From Escherichia coli (GTDB lineage: Bacteria; Pseudomonadota; Gammaproteobacteria; Enterobacterales; Enterobacteriaceae), in the NCBI RefSeq assembly GCF_050920415.1, contig NZ_CP169309.1: a stretch of 64,000 nucleotides of DNA; one strand, 5' to 3'. Below are positions 46,950 to 62,590 of the stretch, one piece after another (the first letter of the stretch is position 1; each line of letters begins with the position of its first letter). The position numbers and the translations under genes are program-made. The notes beneath the pieces were generated by a model. It saw only the letters and a program-made list of their open reading frames with translations, was not told the origin of the DNA and searched no databases.

Positions 46950-47558
46950 ATGAAATACAGGCTACTGATCCTCAGCCTGCTGGTTTCTGTGCCTGCCTTT
47001 GCCTGGCAGCCGCAAACTGGCGACATCATCTTTCAAATCTCTCGCTCATCGCAAAGTAAAGCGATCCAACTGGCGACCCATTCCGATTACAGCCACACCG
47101 GTATGCTGGTGATGCGTAACAAAAAGCCCTACGTTTTTGAAGCGGTCGGCCCGGTGAAATACACCCCGCTCAAGCAGTGGATCGCCCATGGTGAAAAGGG
47201 CAAATACGTTGTTCGCCGCGTTGAAGGCGGACTGAGTGTTGAACAACAGCAAAAACTGGCGCAAACGGCAAAACGTTATCTCGGAAAACCGTATGACTTC
47301 AGCTTCTCGTGGAGCGACGATCGCCAGTACTGTTCGGAAGTGGTGTGGAAGGTTTATCAGAACGCGCTGGGGATGCGCGTAGGTGAACAGCAGAAGTTGA
47401 AAGAGTTCGATCTTAGTAACCCGCTGGTTCAGGCGAAACTCAAAGAACGTTATGGGAAAAATATTCCGCTTGAGGAAACAGTAGTTTCACCCCAGGCCGT
47501 TTTCGATGCGCCACAACTCACCACAGTCGCCAAAGAATGGCCGCTGTTTTCGTGGTAA
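46950..47558 (+). CDS. yiiX: YiiX-family periplasmic protein (permuted papain-like / DUF830)
   Basis: 202 aa with signal peptide MKYRLLILSLLVSVPAFAWQ. Confidence 0.85.
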   Translation: MKYRLLILSLLVSVPAFAWQPQTGDIIFQISRSSQSKAIQLATHSDYSHTGMLVMRNKKPYVFEAVGPVKYTPLKQWIAHGEKGKYVVRRVEGGLSVEQQQKLAQTAKRYLGKPYDFSFSWSDDRQYCSEVVWKVYQNALGMRVGEQQKLKEFDLSNPLVQAKLKERYGKNIPLEETVVSPQAVFDAPQLTTVAKEWPLFSW

Positions 47559-47580
47559 TACGACCAAAATTCAGACACAA

Positions 47581-47606
47581 AAAAAGCGCCGTGCGGCGCT
47601 TTTTTC
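47581..47606. terminator. Bidirectional terminator between convergent yiiX and rpmE
   Basis: aaaaagcgccgtgcggcgcttttttc. Confidence 0.75.
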
Positions 47607-47618
47607 GGAAATCCGGTC

Positions 47619-47870
<252 letters not shown>

Positions 47871-47910
47871 CTAACGCCAGACACCACGCGATGTTTAAAG
47901 TATAGTTTGA

Positions 47911-50232
<2,322 letters not shown>

Positions 50233-50387
50233 TGCGCAAACGATGCGAGGCGGATCGAAAAATTCAATATTCATCACACTTTTCATGAAAATTCTGTAAC
50301 CGTTTTCACGCGCTATCTGCTAAAAATGTTGCCGATGTGAAGTAAACATGGAAGTAGTACGCCTGCCGTGCCGGGCGAGGAGTGAGT

Positions 50388-51413
50388 GTGAAAGCGAAGA
50401 AGCAGGAAACTGCCGCGACCATGAAAGACGTTGCCCTGAAGGCAAAAGTCTCTACAGCGACCGTCTCCCGAGCATTAATGAATCCCGATAAAGTCTCCCA
50501 GGCCACCCGTAATCGGGTTGAAAAAGCGGCCCGGGAAGTAGGTTATTTGCCGCAGCCTATGGGGCGCAACGTCAAACGTAATGAATCCCGCACCATTCTG
50601 GTGATTGTCCCGGATATCTGCGATCCCTTCTTTAGCGAAATTATTCGCGGTATCGAAGTTACGGCGGCAAATCACGGATATCTGGTGCTGATTGGCGACT
50701 GTGCGCATCAAAATCAGCAGGAAAAAACCTTTATCGATTTGATTATCACCAAGCAAATTGATGGCATGTTGCTGCTGGGTTCAAGGCTGCCGTTTGATGC
50801 CAGCATTGAGGAACAGCGTAATCTGCCGCCGATGGTGATGGCGAACGAATTTGCGCCGGAACTGGAGCTGCCTACAGTTCATATCGACAATCTGACCGCG
50901 GCATTTGATGCAGTAAATTATTTATATGAGCAAGGTCATAAACGGATTGGCTGTATAGCCGGTCCCGAAGAGATGCCGCTGTGTCACTACCGCCTGCAAG
51001 GCTACGTTCAGGCGCTGCGTCGCTGCGGCATTATGGTTGATCCGCAATACATCGCCCGGGGCGACTTCTCCTTTGAAGCCGGAAGCAACGCGATGCAACA
51101 GCTGCTTGCTCTTCCGCAACCGCCTACTGCTGTCTTCTGCCATAGCGATGTAATGGCGCTCGGCGCACTTTCTCAGGCAAAACGCCAGGGGCTGAAAGTC
51201 CCGGATGATCTATCCATAATCGGTTTTGATAACATCGACCTGACGCAATTTTGTGATCCGCCGCTGACAACCATCGCGCAGCCGCGTTACGAAATCGGTC
51301 GGGAAGCTATGCTGTTATTGCTTGATCAAATGCAGGGGCAACACGTTGGCAGTGGCTCTCGTTTAATGGACTGCGAACTTATCATCCGGGGATCAACACG
51401 CGCGTTACCTTAA
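50388..51413 (+). CDS. cytR: LacI-family repressor CytR (nucleoside catabolism/transport regulon)
   Basis: MKAKKQETAATMKDVALKAKVSTATVSRALMNPDKVS...; GTG start inferred from the conserved N-terminus. Confidence 0.93.
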   Translation: MKAKKQETAATMKDVALKAKVSTATVSRALMNPDKVSQATRNRVEKAAREVGYLPQPMGRNVKRNESRTILVIVPDICDPFFSEIIRGIEVTAANHGYLVLIGDCAHQNQQEKTFIDLIITKQIDGMLLLGSRLPFDASIEEQRNLPPMVMANEFAPELELPTVHIDNLTAAFDAVNYLYEQGHKRIGCIAGPEEMPLCHYRLQGYVQALRRCGIMVDPQYIARGDFSFEAGSNAMQQLLALPQPPTAVFCHSDVMALGALSQAKRQGLKVPDDLSIIGFDNIDLTQFCDPPLTTIAQPRYEIGREAMLLLLDQMQGQHVGSGSRLMDCELIIRGSTRALP

Positions 51414-51504
51414 AGTAAACCTTTAAGACTGCCGTGACTGGTCAAAGGCCCGCCGCTTAAGTAACATGGCGGGCTGACGAACGAATAAATACAGCGAAAC
51501 GATA

Positions 51505-52452
51505 GTGGCACAACGAGATTATGTACGCCGCAGCCAACCGGCACCTTCGCGGCGAAAAAAAAGCACCTCACGGAAAAAGCAACGAAATCTGCCTGCGGTT
51601 TCTCCCGCAATGGTCGCTATTGCTGCCGCCGTTCTTGTGACCTTTATCGGTGGTCTGTACTTCATTACGCATCACAAGAAAGAAGAGTCCGAGACGCTGC
51701 AAAGCCAGAAAGTGACCGGAAACGGATTACCACCGAAACCAGAAGAACGCTGGCGCTACATTAAAGAGCTGGAAAGTCGCCAGCCGGGTGTGCGTGCACC
51801 AACAGAACCTTCTGCCGGTGGTGAAGTGAAAACGCCGGAACAACTGACACCAGAACAACGTCAGCTTCTTGAACAAATGCAGGCTGATATGCGCCAGCAA
51901 CCAACGCAACTGGTTGAAGTCCCATGGAATGAACAGACGCCGGAACAGCGTCAGCAAACGCTTCAACGTCAGGCACAACAGCGTCAGATTCAGGCGGCTC
52001 AACAGCAGCAGCGTCAGGCTGAGCAGGCATATCAACAACCGCGTACCGCGCAAGCGCAGCAACCACCGCGCCAGACGCAGCAGACTCGCCAGGCGGCTCA
52101 GCAGCCGTACCAGGATCTCCTGCAAACGCCAGCACACACTGCCGCGGCGCAGCCGAAGTCACAGCAAGTCGCGCCTGTTAGCCGGGCCGCTGACGCGCCA
52201 AAACCGACGGCGGAGAAAAAAGACGAACGCCGCTGGATGGTGCAGTGCGGTTCGTTCAGAGGCGCGGAACAGGCAGAGACGGTACGTGCTCAGCTGGCGT
52301 TTGAAGGCTTTGACTCGAAGATCACCACCAACAATGGCTGGAATCGTGTGGTCATTGGCCCGGTGAAAGGCAAAGAGAACGCAGACAGCACCCTCAATCG
52401 CTTGAAGATGGCGGGTCATACAAACTGTATTCGACTCGCTACCGGGGGTTGA
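51505..52452 (+). CDS. ftsN: Cell division protein FtsN
   Basis: GTG start; MAQRDYVRRSQPAPSRRKK, one TM segment, Q-rich linker, C-terminal SPOR domain (..RWMVQCGSFRGAEQAETVRAQLAFEGF..). Confidence 0.93.
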   Translation: MAQRDYVRRSQPAPSRRKKSTSRKKQRNLPAVSPAMVAIAAAVLVTFIGGLYFITHHKKEESETLQSQKVTGNGLPPKPEERWRYIKELESRQPGVRAPTEPSAGGEVKTPEQLTPEQRQLLEQMQADMRQQPTQLVEVPWNEQTPEQRQQTLQRQAQQRQIQAAQQQQRQAEQAYQQPRTAQAQQPPRQTQQTRQAAQQPYQDLLQTPAHTAAAQPKSQQVAPVSRAADAPKPTAEKKDERRWMVQCGSFRGAEQAETVRAQLAFEGFDSKITTNNGWNRVVIGPVKGKENADSTLNRLKMAGHTNCIRLATGG

Positions 52453-52476
52453 AACCCTCAAAATCCCCCCCATCTA
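52448..52476 (+). promoter_or_regulatory. sigma-32 (heat shock) promoter of hslVU
   Basis: -35-like gttgaaa and -10-like ccccatcta with about 13 nt spacing, matching the sigma-32 consensus CTTGAAA / CCCCATNTA. Confidence 0.7.
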
Positions 52477-52489
52477 TAATTGCATTATG

Positions 52490-52513
52490 CCCCGTACTTT
52501 TGTACGGGGTTTG
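52490..52513 (+). terminator. Stem-loop with T-run in the ftsN-hslV intergenic region / hslV leader
   Basis: ccccgtac tttt gtacgggg ttt. Confidence 0.55.
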
Positions 52514-52544
52514 TACTCTGTATTCGTAACCAAGGGGTCAGCTC

Positions 52545-53075
52545 GTGACAACTATAGTAAGCGTACGCCGTAACGGCCATGTGGTCATCGCTGGTGATGG
52601 TCAGGCCACGTTGGGCAATACCGTAATGAAAGGTAACGTGAAAAAGGTCCGCCGTCTGTACAACGACAAAGTCATCGCGGGCTTTGCGGGCGGTACTGCG
52701 GATGCTTTTACGCTGTTCGAACTGTTTGAACGTAAACTGGAAATGCATCAGGGCCATCTGGTCAAAGCCGCCGTTGAGCTGGCAAAAGACTGGCGTACCG
52801 ATCGCATGTTACGCAAACTTGAAGCACTGCTGGCAGTCGCGGATGAAACTGCATCGCTTATCATCACCGGTAACGGTGACGTGGTGCAGCCAGAAAACGA
52901 TCTTATTGCTATCGGCTCCGGCGGCCCTTACGCCCAGGCTGCGGCGCGCGCGCTGTTAGAAAACACTGAATTGAGTGCTCGTGAAATTGCTGAAAAGGCG
53001 TTGGATATTGCAGGCGACATTTGCATCTATACCAACCATTTCCACACCATCGAAGAATTAAGCTACAAAGCGTAA
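52545..53075 (+). CDS. hslV: ATP-dependent protease subunit HslV
   Basis: 176 aa, [39 protein letters not shown]... Confidence 0.97.
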
Positions 53076-53084
53076 GGATCTCCC

Positions 53085-54416
53085 ATGTCTGAAATGACCC
53101 CACGCGAAATCGTCAGCGAACTGGATAAACACATCATCGGCCAGGATAACGCCAAGCGTTCCGTGGCGATTGCACTGCGTAACCGCTGGCGTCGCATGCA
53201 GCTTAACGAAGAGCTGCGCCATGAAGTGACCCCGAAAAATATCCTGATGATCGGCCCGACCGGTGTCGGTAAAACTGAAATCGCTCGTCGTCTGGCTAAG
53301 CTGGCGAATGCGCCGTTCATCAAAGTTGAAGCGACCAAATTCACCGAAGTGGGCTATGTAGGTAAGGAAGTGGATTCTATTATCCGCGATCTGACCGATG
53401 CCGCCGTGAAAATGGTACGCGTCCAGGCTATTGAGAAAAACCGGTATCGCGCTGAAGAACTGGCAGAAGAACGTATTCTCGACGTGCTGATCCCACCGGC
53501 TAAAAACAACTGGGGACAGACCGAACAACAGCAGGAACCGTCCGCTGCTCGTCAGGCATTCCGCAAAAAACTGCGTGAAGGCCAGCTCGATGACAAAGAA
53601 ATCGAGATCGATCTTGCCGCAGCACCGATGGGCGTTGAAATTATGGCGCCTCCGGGAATGGAAGAGATGACCAGCCAGCTGCAGTCCATGTTCCAGAACC
53701 TGGGTGGTCAGAAACAAAAAGCGCGTAAGCTGAAAATCAAAGACGCCATGAAGCTGCTGATTGAAGAAGAAGCGGCGAAACTGGTGAATCCGGAAGAGCT
53801 GAAGCAAGACGCTATCGACGCCGTTGAACAGCACGGGATCGTATTTATCGACGAAATCGACAAAATCTGTAAGCGCGGCGAGTCTTCCGGTCCGGATGTT
53901 TCTCGTGAAGGCGTTCAGCGTGACCTGCTGCCGCTGGTAGAAGGTTGCACCGTTTCCACCAAACACGGGATGGTCAAAACTGACCACATTCTGTTTATCG
54001 CTTCTGGCGCGTTCCAGATTGCGAAACCGTCTGACCTGATCCCGGAACTGCAAGGTCGTCTGCCAATCCGCGTTGAACTGCAGGCACTGACCACCAGCGA
54101 CTTCGAGCGTATTCTGACCGAACCGAATGCCTCTATCACCGTGCAGTACAAAGCATTGATGGCGACTGAAGGCGTAAATATCGAGTTCACCGACTCCGGT
54201 ATTAAGCGGATCGCGGAAGCAGCATGGCAGGTGAACGAATCTACCGAAAACATCGGTGCTCGTCGTTTACATACTGTTCTGGAGCGTTTAATGGAAGAGA
54301 TTTCCTACGACGCCAGCGATTTAAGCGGTCAAACCATCACTATTGACGCAGATTATGTGAGCAAACATCTGGATGCGTTGGTGGCAGATGAAGATCTGAG
54401 CCGTTTTATCCTATAA
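53085..54416 (+). CDS. hslU: ATP-dependent protease ATPase subunit HslU
   Basis: 443 aa, [37 protein letters not shown]..; Walker A GPTGVGKT. Confidence 0.97.
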
Positions 54417-54445
54417 TCGCGTTCAATCATTTTCATCATTGTTTG

Positions 54446-54470
54446 ATGGGGCTGAAAGGCCCCATTTTTA
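54446..54470 (+). terminator. hslU intrinsic terminator
   Basis: atggggc tgaaag gccccat tttt. Confidence 0.6.
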
Positions 54471-54482
54471 TTGGCGCGTATT

Positions 54483-55409
54483 ATGACTGAACAACAAATT
54501 AGCCGAACTCAGGCGTGGCTGGAAAGTTTACGACCTAAAACCCTCCCCCTCGCCTTTGCTGCAATTATCGTCGGGACGGCGCTGGCATGGTGGCAAGGTC
54601 ACTTCGATCCGCTGGTCGCCCTGCTGGCACTGATTACCGCCGGACTGCTTCAAATTCTCTCTAACCTCGCTAATGATTACGGCGATGCAGTAAAAGGCAG
54701 CGATAAACCTGACCGCATTGGCCCGCTACGTGGCATGCAAAAAGGGGTCATTACCCAGCAAGAGATGAAACGGGCGCTCATTATTACCGTCGTGCTCATC
54801 TGTCTCTCCGGGCTGGCACTGGTTGCAGTGGCGTGCCATACGCTGGCCGATTTTGTCGGTTTCCTGATTCTTGGCGGGTTGTCGATCATTGCCGCTATCA
54901 CCTACACCGTGGGCAATCGTCCTTATGGTTATATCGGTTTGGGTGATATTTCCGTACTGGTTTTCTTTGGCTGGTTAAGCGTCATGGGCAGCTGGTATTT
55001 ACAGGCTCATACGTTGATTCCGGCGTTGATCCTTCCGGCGACCGCATGCGGCCTGCTGGCAACGGCAGTACTGAACATTAATAACCTGCGTGATATCAAT
55101 AGCGACCGCGAAAATGGCAAAAACACGCTGGTAGTGCGCTTAGGTGAAGTGAACGCGCGTCGTTATCATGCCTGCCTGCTGATGGGCTCTCTGGTGTGTC
55201 TGGCGCTGTTTAATCTCTTTTCACTGCATAGCCTGTGGGGCTGGCTGTTCCTGCTGGCGGCACCATTACTGGTGAAGCAAGCCCGTTATGTGATGCGGGA
55301 AATGGACCCGGTGGCGATGCGACCGATGCTGGAACGCACTGTCAAGGGAGCGTTACTGACTAACGTGCTGTTTGTTTTAGGGATATTCCTAAGCCAGTGG
55401 GCAGCATAA
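54483..55409 (+). CDS. menA: 1,4-dihydroxy-2-naphthoate octaprenyltransferase
   Basis: Conserved start MTEQQISRTQAWLESLRPKTLPLAF (308 aa); UbiA prenyltransferase family membrane protein. Confidence 0.94.
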   Translation: MTEQQISRTQAWLESLRPKTLPLAFAAIIVGTALAWWQGHFDPLVALLALITAGLLQILSNLANDYGDAVKGSDKPDRIGPLRGMQKGVITQQEMKRALIITVVLICLSGLALVAVACHTLADFVGFLILGGLSIIAAITYTVGNRPYGYIGLGDISVLVFFGWLSVMGSWYLQAHTLIPALILPATACGLLATAVLNINNLRDINSDRENGKNTLVVRLGEVNARRYHACLLMGSLVCLALFNLFSLHSLWGWLFLLAAPLLVKQARYVMREMDPVAMRPMLERTVKGALLTNVLFVLGIFLSQWAA

Positions 55410-55501
55410 CTGACAAATATCAATTAACAATTGATGATTTTGCCAACAGCCCACATAGCGCGATATACTGAAAATTCTCGCAGCAACTGAATGTTAAGCC
55501 T

Positions 55502-55987
55502 ATGAAATACGATACTTCCGAGCTTTGTGACATCTATCAAGAAGATGTTAACGTCGTGGAACCGCTGTTCTCCAACTTTGGCGGACGGGCGTCGTTTGGC
55601 GGACAAATAATCACGGTAAAATGTTTCGAGGACAACGGGTTGCTGTACGATCTGCTCGAACAGAATGGCCGTGGTCGTGTTCTCGTCGTTGACGGCGGTG
55701 GTTCTGTTCGTCGCGCACTGGTCGATGCTGAGCTGGCGCGTCTGGCAGTACAAAATGAATGGGAAGGCCTGGTCATTTACGGCGCGGTGCGTCAGGTAGA
55801 TGACCTGGAAGAGCTGGATATCGGCATCCAGGCGATGGCAGCAATTCCAGTCGGTGCCGCTGGCGAAGGCATTGGCGAAAGCGATGTCCGCGTTAATTTT
55901 GGCGGCGTCACCTTCTTCTCCGGTGACCATCTTTATGCCGACAATACCGGAATTATTCTTTCAGAAGATCCGCTGGATATTGAATAA
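55502..55987 (+). CDS. rraA: RNase E inhibitor RraA
   Basis: 161 aa, [56 protein letters not shown]... Confidence 0.95.
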
Positions 55988-56003
55988 GTACCTGCCATGC
56001 GTT

Positions 56004-56030
56004 AAAAGGGGAATTAAATTCCCCTTTTTT
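56004..56030. terminator. Intrinsic terminator after rraA
   Basis: aaaagggg aattaaatt cccctttttt. Confidence 0.7.
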
Positions 56031-56245
56031 ATATGCAAAATATTCATAAAGACTATCGTTTGTTTTTATTTAATTCATTTTAAATATCAATAGTTCACAT
56101 CTGACAATATAAATTAATTATCGATAAATCATTTCATAAAAATATGCAGCATTAAAAATTAATGCTATATGGTAAATTAACTATTCTGGGAATAGGGATA
56201 TGAATCATCGTTAGTAGCGAACGTATTAAATAATAATGGATTGAT

Positions 56246-56524
56246 ATGAAATACGTTATCTTATTAATACTATGGATAATAACTACTTTTCTTAGTCATC
56301 TTCAGCACAGCAACCTACTGTCTGGAGATCCTGGCATGGTTGGCGAGTATATCGGTTCAGTATTTCTGGGGCCGTTGTTACTTCCCGTGCTTGTGTCAGG
56401 TATTCTGTGCGTATTTATTAAAAAAAAACGTAACTTCGCCAGTTTTACTCGCGGGTGCTGTTGGGTATTGGGAATCCTGCTTTTATCCAAAGTCGGCAAT
56501 ACGTTTCGTATGTTTACCCCGTGA
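56246..56524 (+). CDS. Hypothetical small membrane protein (92 aa, 2-3 predicted TM helices)
   Basis: ORF MKYVILLILWIITTFLSHL.. in a very AT-rich insertion between rraA and zapB. No homolog recognised, so the coding status is unverified. Confidence 0.45.
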   Translation: MKYVILLILWIITTFLSHLQHSNLLSGDPGMVGEYIGSVFLGPLLLPVLVSGILCVFIKKKRNFASFTRGCCWVLGILLLSKVGNTFRMFTP

Positions 56525-56554
56525 CAATATACCTTTGAGAATGCTGCGATAACC

Positions 56555-56962
56555 GTGACTATCCCGAACCGACACTGGAATACGGTTTCCATTAGTACTA
56601 ATAAAACCATTGATATAAGAAGTGAGGATAATAGCGTCTTCATTTCTGCTTTCCGCCTGCCCGCAGGACGTAGCGCCGATGACCCGCTGGAAGCGTTAAA
56701 GAAGAAGCAGCGAGACAATCTCAAGGATCAATACAATGAGGAAGCCTTCCAGTTTCATGATTGTAATGCCAAACATTTCACCTGTAAGTATCAGGATGTG
56801 TTGATAAATTTTGATGGTCAGCAGAAAAGAACCATCAGTGTTTATCTTGAAGACACCCCTAGGGCTGTGGGGATCATTGCATTAATGGCGCCAGATACGG
56901 CAGATAAATATCGCCAACAGGCGATGGAGATTATGCTTTCCGCTAAAAATGCAGTGAAGTAA
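56555..56962 (+). CDS. Hypothetical soluble protein (135 aa)
   Basis: ORF directly downstream of the 92 aa ORF with a probable GTG start. No family recognised by eye. Confidence 0.45.
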   Translation: MTIPNRHWNTVSISTNKTIDIRSEDNSVFISAFRLPAGRSADDPLEALKKKQRDNLKDQYNEEAFQFHDCNAKHFTCKYQDVLINFDGQQKRTISVYLEDTPRAVGIIALMAPDTADKYRQQAMEIMLSAKNAVK

Positions 56963-57000
56963 AAAATAAGGCGCCTTGCGGCGCCTCTGCGTGGAAGAGA

Positions 57001-57294
<294 letters not shown>

Positions 57295-57379
57295 TTACCG
57301 GTGACGCCTTAATAAATACGAGCGCACTTTAGTTAGCTCCGATTGTATGAAGCCGCGCCATCGCTGTCCAGCGGCACGC

Positions 57380-57670
57380 CTTGCAGATTACGGTTTGCCA
57401 CACTTTTCATCCTTCTCCTGGAGACATAATCCACGCAAATCGAAAATGTTAATAAATTTGTTGCACGAATGATCTAACAAACATGCATCATGTACAATCA
57501 GATGGAATAAATGGCGCGATAACGCTCATTTTATGACGAAGCACACACATTTTAAGTTCGATATTTCTCGTTTTTGCTCGTTAACGATAAGTTTACAGCA
57601 TGCCTACAAGCATCGTGGAGGTCCGTGACTTTCACGCATACAACAAACATTAACTCTTCAGGATCCGATT
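57380..57670 (+). promoter_or_regulatory. glpFK promoter/operator region (CRP and GlpR sites expected)
   Basis: Intergenic region upstream of glpF with GlpR-operator-like repeats (ttcgatatttctcg, ctcgttaacgataag) and a CRP-like region. Established knowledge: glpFKX is controlled by GlpR and CRP. Individual sites were not delimited. Confidence 0.5.
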
Positions 57671-60047
<2,377 letters not shown>

Positions 60048-60083
60048 TATCAGGCATCTGAACCAATTGCCTGATACTGATCG

Positions 60084-60170
60084 CCTGATGCGACGCTTAC
60101 GCGTCTTATCAGGCCTACGAGCCGATGCCATTTTGTGTAGGCCGGATAAGGCGTTCACGCCGCATCCGGC
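60084..60170. repeat. BIME/REP cluster between glpK and glpX
   Basis: gcctgatgcgacgcttacgcgtcttatcaggcctac and gtaggccggataaggcgttcacgccgcatccggc, classic REP palindromes. Confidence 0.75.
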
Positions 60171-60277
60171 ATGTCGTAGACTCTGAAATCGTGCGGGGGC
60201 AACCCCCGCACACATCAATAATCCCGCCCTTCCCCTGTGCTACACTTCGCGCCATTCCTTACTGCTTAGAGTTTGCT

Positions 60278-61288
60278 ATGAGACGAGAACTTGCCATCGA
60301 ATTTTCCCGCGTCACCGAATCTGCGGCGCTGGCTGGCTACAAATGGTTAGGACGCGGCGATAAAAACACCGCGGACGGCGCGGCGGTTAACGCCATGCGT
60401 ATTATGCTCAACCAGGTCAACATTGACGGCACCATCGTCATTGGTGAAGGTGAAATCGACGAAGCACCGATGCTCTACATTGGTGAAAAAGTCGGTACCG
60501 GTCGCGGTGATGCGGTAGATATTGCTGTTGATCCGATTGAAGGCACGCGCATGACGGCGATGGGCCAGGCTAACGCGCTGGCGGTGCTGGCAGTAGGCGA
60601 TAAAGGCTGCTTCCTCAACGCGCCAGATATGTATATGGAGAAGCTGATCGTCGGACCGGGAGCCAAAGGCACCATTGATCTGAACCTGCCGCTGGCGGAT
60701 AACCTGCGCAATGTTGCGGCGGCGCTCGGCAAACCGTTGAGCGAACTGACGGTAACGATTCTGGCAAAACCGCGCCACGATGCCGTTATCGCAGAAATGC
60801 AGCAACTCGGCGTGCGCGTATTTGCTATTCCGGATGGCGATGTGGCAGCCTCAATTCTCACCTGTATGCCAGACAGCGAAGTTGACGTGCTGTACGGTAT
60901 TGGTGGCGCGCCGGAAGGCGTGGTTTCTGCGGCGGTGATCCGCGCATTAGATGGCGACATGAATGGTCGTCTGCTGGCACGTCATGACGTCAAAGGCGAC
61001 AACGAAGAAAATCGCCGCATTGGCGAGCAGGAGCTGGCGCGCTGCAAAGCGATGGGCATCGAAGCGGGTAAAGTGTTGCGTCTGGGCGATATGGCGCGCA
61101 GCGACAACGTCATCTTTTCTGCCACTGGCATCACCAAAGGTGATCTGCTGGAAGGTATTAGCCGCAAAGGCAATATCGCCACCACCGAAACACTGCTGAT
61201 CCGCGGTAAATCACGCACCATTCGTCGCATTCAATCCATCCACTATCTGGATCGTAAAGACCCGGAAATGCAGGTGCACATTCTCTGA
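60278..61288 (+). CDS. glpX: Fructose-1,6-bisphosphatase class II
   Basis: Conserved start MRRELAIEFSRVTESAALAGYKWLGRGDKNTADGAAV (336 aa). Confidence 0.96.
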   Translation: MRRELAIEFSRVTESAALAGYKWLGRGDKNTADGAAVNAMRIMLNQVNIDGTIVIGEGEIDEAPMLYIGEKVGTGRGDAVDIAVDPIEGTRMTAMGQANALAVLAVGDKGCFLNAPDMYMEKLIVGPGAKGTIDLNLPLADNLRNVAAALGKPLSELTVTILAKPRHDAVIAEMQQLGVRVFAIPDGDVAASILTCMPDSEVDVLYGIGGAPEGVVSAAVIRALDGDMNGRLLARHDVKGDNEENRRIGEQELARCKAMGIEAGKVLRLGDMARSDNVIFSATGITKGDLLEGISRKGNIATTETLLIRGKSRTIRRIQSIHYLDRKDPEMQVHIL

Positions 61289-61308
61289 GTGATTTGATCG
61301 ATTGAGCC

Positions 61309-61338
61309 TTCCAGTCCTTCGGGACTGGAATTTTTTTG
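61309..61338 (+). terminator. glpX intrinsic terminator
   Basis: ccagtcc ttcg ggactgg aattttttt. Confidence 0.7.
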
Positions 61339-61384
61339 TTCGGAGAACGAAGATAAGGCAAGTCAATCAAAACAGGAGAAAAAC

Positions 61385-62131
61385 ATGGCTGATTGGGTAA
61401 CAGGCAAAGTCACTAAAGTGCAGAACTGGACCGACGCCCTGTTTAGTCTCACCGTTCACGCTCCCGTGCTTCCATTTACTGCCGGGCAATTCACCAAACT
61501 AGGCCTTGAAATTGACGGCGAACGCGTCCAGCGTGCCTATTCCTACGTTAACTCTCCTGATAATCCCGATCTGGAGTTTTACCTGGTGACCGTGCCCGAT
61601 GGAAAATTAAGCCCACGATTAGCGGCACTGAAACCGGGCGATGAAGTACAGGTGGTTAGCGAAGCAGCTGGCTTCTTTGTGCTGGATGAGGTCCCTGACT
61701 GCGAAACACTGTGGATGCTGGCAACCGGTACAGCGATTGGCCCTTATTTATCAATTCTGCAACTGGGCAAAGATTTAGATCGCTTCAAAAATCTGGTTCT
61801 GGTTCACGCCGCACGTTATGCCGCCGACTTAAGTTATCTGCCACTGATGCAAGAACTGGAAAAACGCTACGAAGGGAAACTGCGCATTCAGACGGTGGTC
61901 AGTCGGGAAACGGCGGCGGGTTCGCTCACCGGGCGAATACCGGCGTTAATTGAAAGTGGTGAACTGGAAAGTGCGGTGGGCTTGCCGATGGATAAAGAAA
62001 CCAGCCATGTGATGCTGTGCGGCAATCCACAGATGGTTCGCGATACGCAACAGTTGCTAAAAGAAACCCGGCAGATGACGAAACATTTACGTCGTCGACC
62101 GGGCCATATGACAGCGGAGCATTACTGGTAA
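61385..62131 (+). CDS. fpr: Ferredoxin/flavodoxin-NADP+ reductase
   Basis: 248 aa, MADWVTGKVTKVQNWTDALFSLTVHAPVLPFTAGQFTKLGLEIDGERVQRAYSYVNSP... Confidence 0.95.
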   Translation: MADWVTGKVTKVQNWTDALFSLTVHAPVLPFTAGQFTKLGLEIDGERVQRAYSYVNSPDNPDLEFYLVTVPDGKLSPRLAALKPGDEVQVVSEAAGFFVLDEVPDCETLWMLATGTAIGPYLSILQLGKDLDRFKNLVLVHAARYAADLSYLPLMQELEKRYEGKLRIQTVVSRETAAGSLTGRIPALIESGELESAVGLPMDKETSHVMLCGNPQMVRDTQQLLKETRQMTKHLRRRPGHMTAEHYW

Positions 62132-62135
62132 GCGG

Positions 62136-62564
62136 TTACTTATCGATAAACGGCACGATGAGCAGATCCGCTTTCAACTTATTGATCATCCCGCGGTATG
62201 CCGGCATCAAACGGTTGATAAATGAGTGGTGATGACCACAGACAAGGAGGTCGCACTGCTCTTGTTGCATAATATCCAGCAGTGTTTCCGGCATTTCCCC
62301 ACGTTCAATACGCAGTTTTGTCTTCGGCCATTGAATATTTTTCGTCAGTTTATACAGCTTGTTATCCGACTTATTCTTCAACAATTGAAGAATATCCTCT
62401 GTTGCAGGGAAGTAGATACCCGGATACAACTCGCTTAAGCCATCATCAATATGAATTAACGTCAGGTGAGCGTCATTATGTCTGGCGAGCTCCAGGGCTT
62501 TATTCACCAGTAAGGCATCTTCTTCATTCCCGGAAATTGCCACGCCAATGTGTTTATAAGCCAT
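62136..62564 (-). CDS. uspD: Universal stress protein D
   Basis: 142 aa, [40 protein letters not shown].. Confidence 0.92.
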   Translation of the reverse strand: MAYKHIGVAISGNEEDALLVNKALELARHNDAHLTLIHIDDGLSELYPGIYFPATEDILQLLKNKSDNKLYKLTKNIQWPKTKLRIERGEMPETLLDIMQQEQCDLLVCGHHHSFINRLMPAYRGMINKLKADLLIVPFIDK

Positions 62565-62590
62565 GTTTAACTCCTTCTAAAGCAACTCCA

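Noticed and set aside
51727-52366. Three 130-165 aa alternative-frame ORFs inside ftsN
   Set aside because: Artefacts of the Q/R-rich low-complexity linker codons; the FtsN frame carries the conserved N-terminus, TM segment and SPOR domain.
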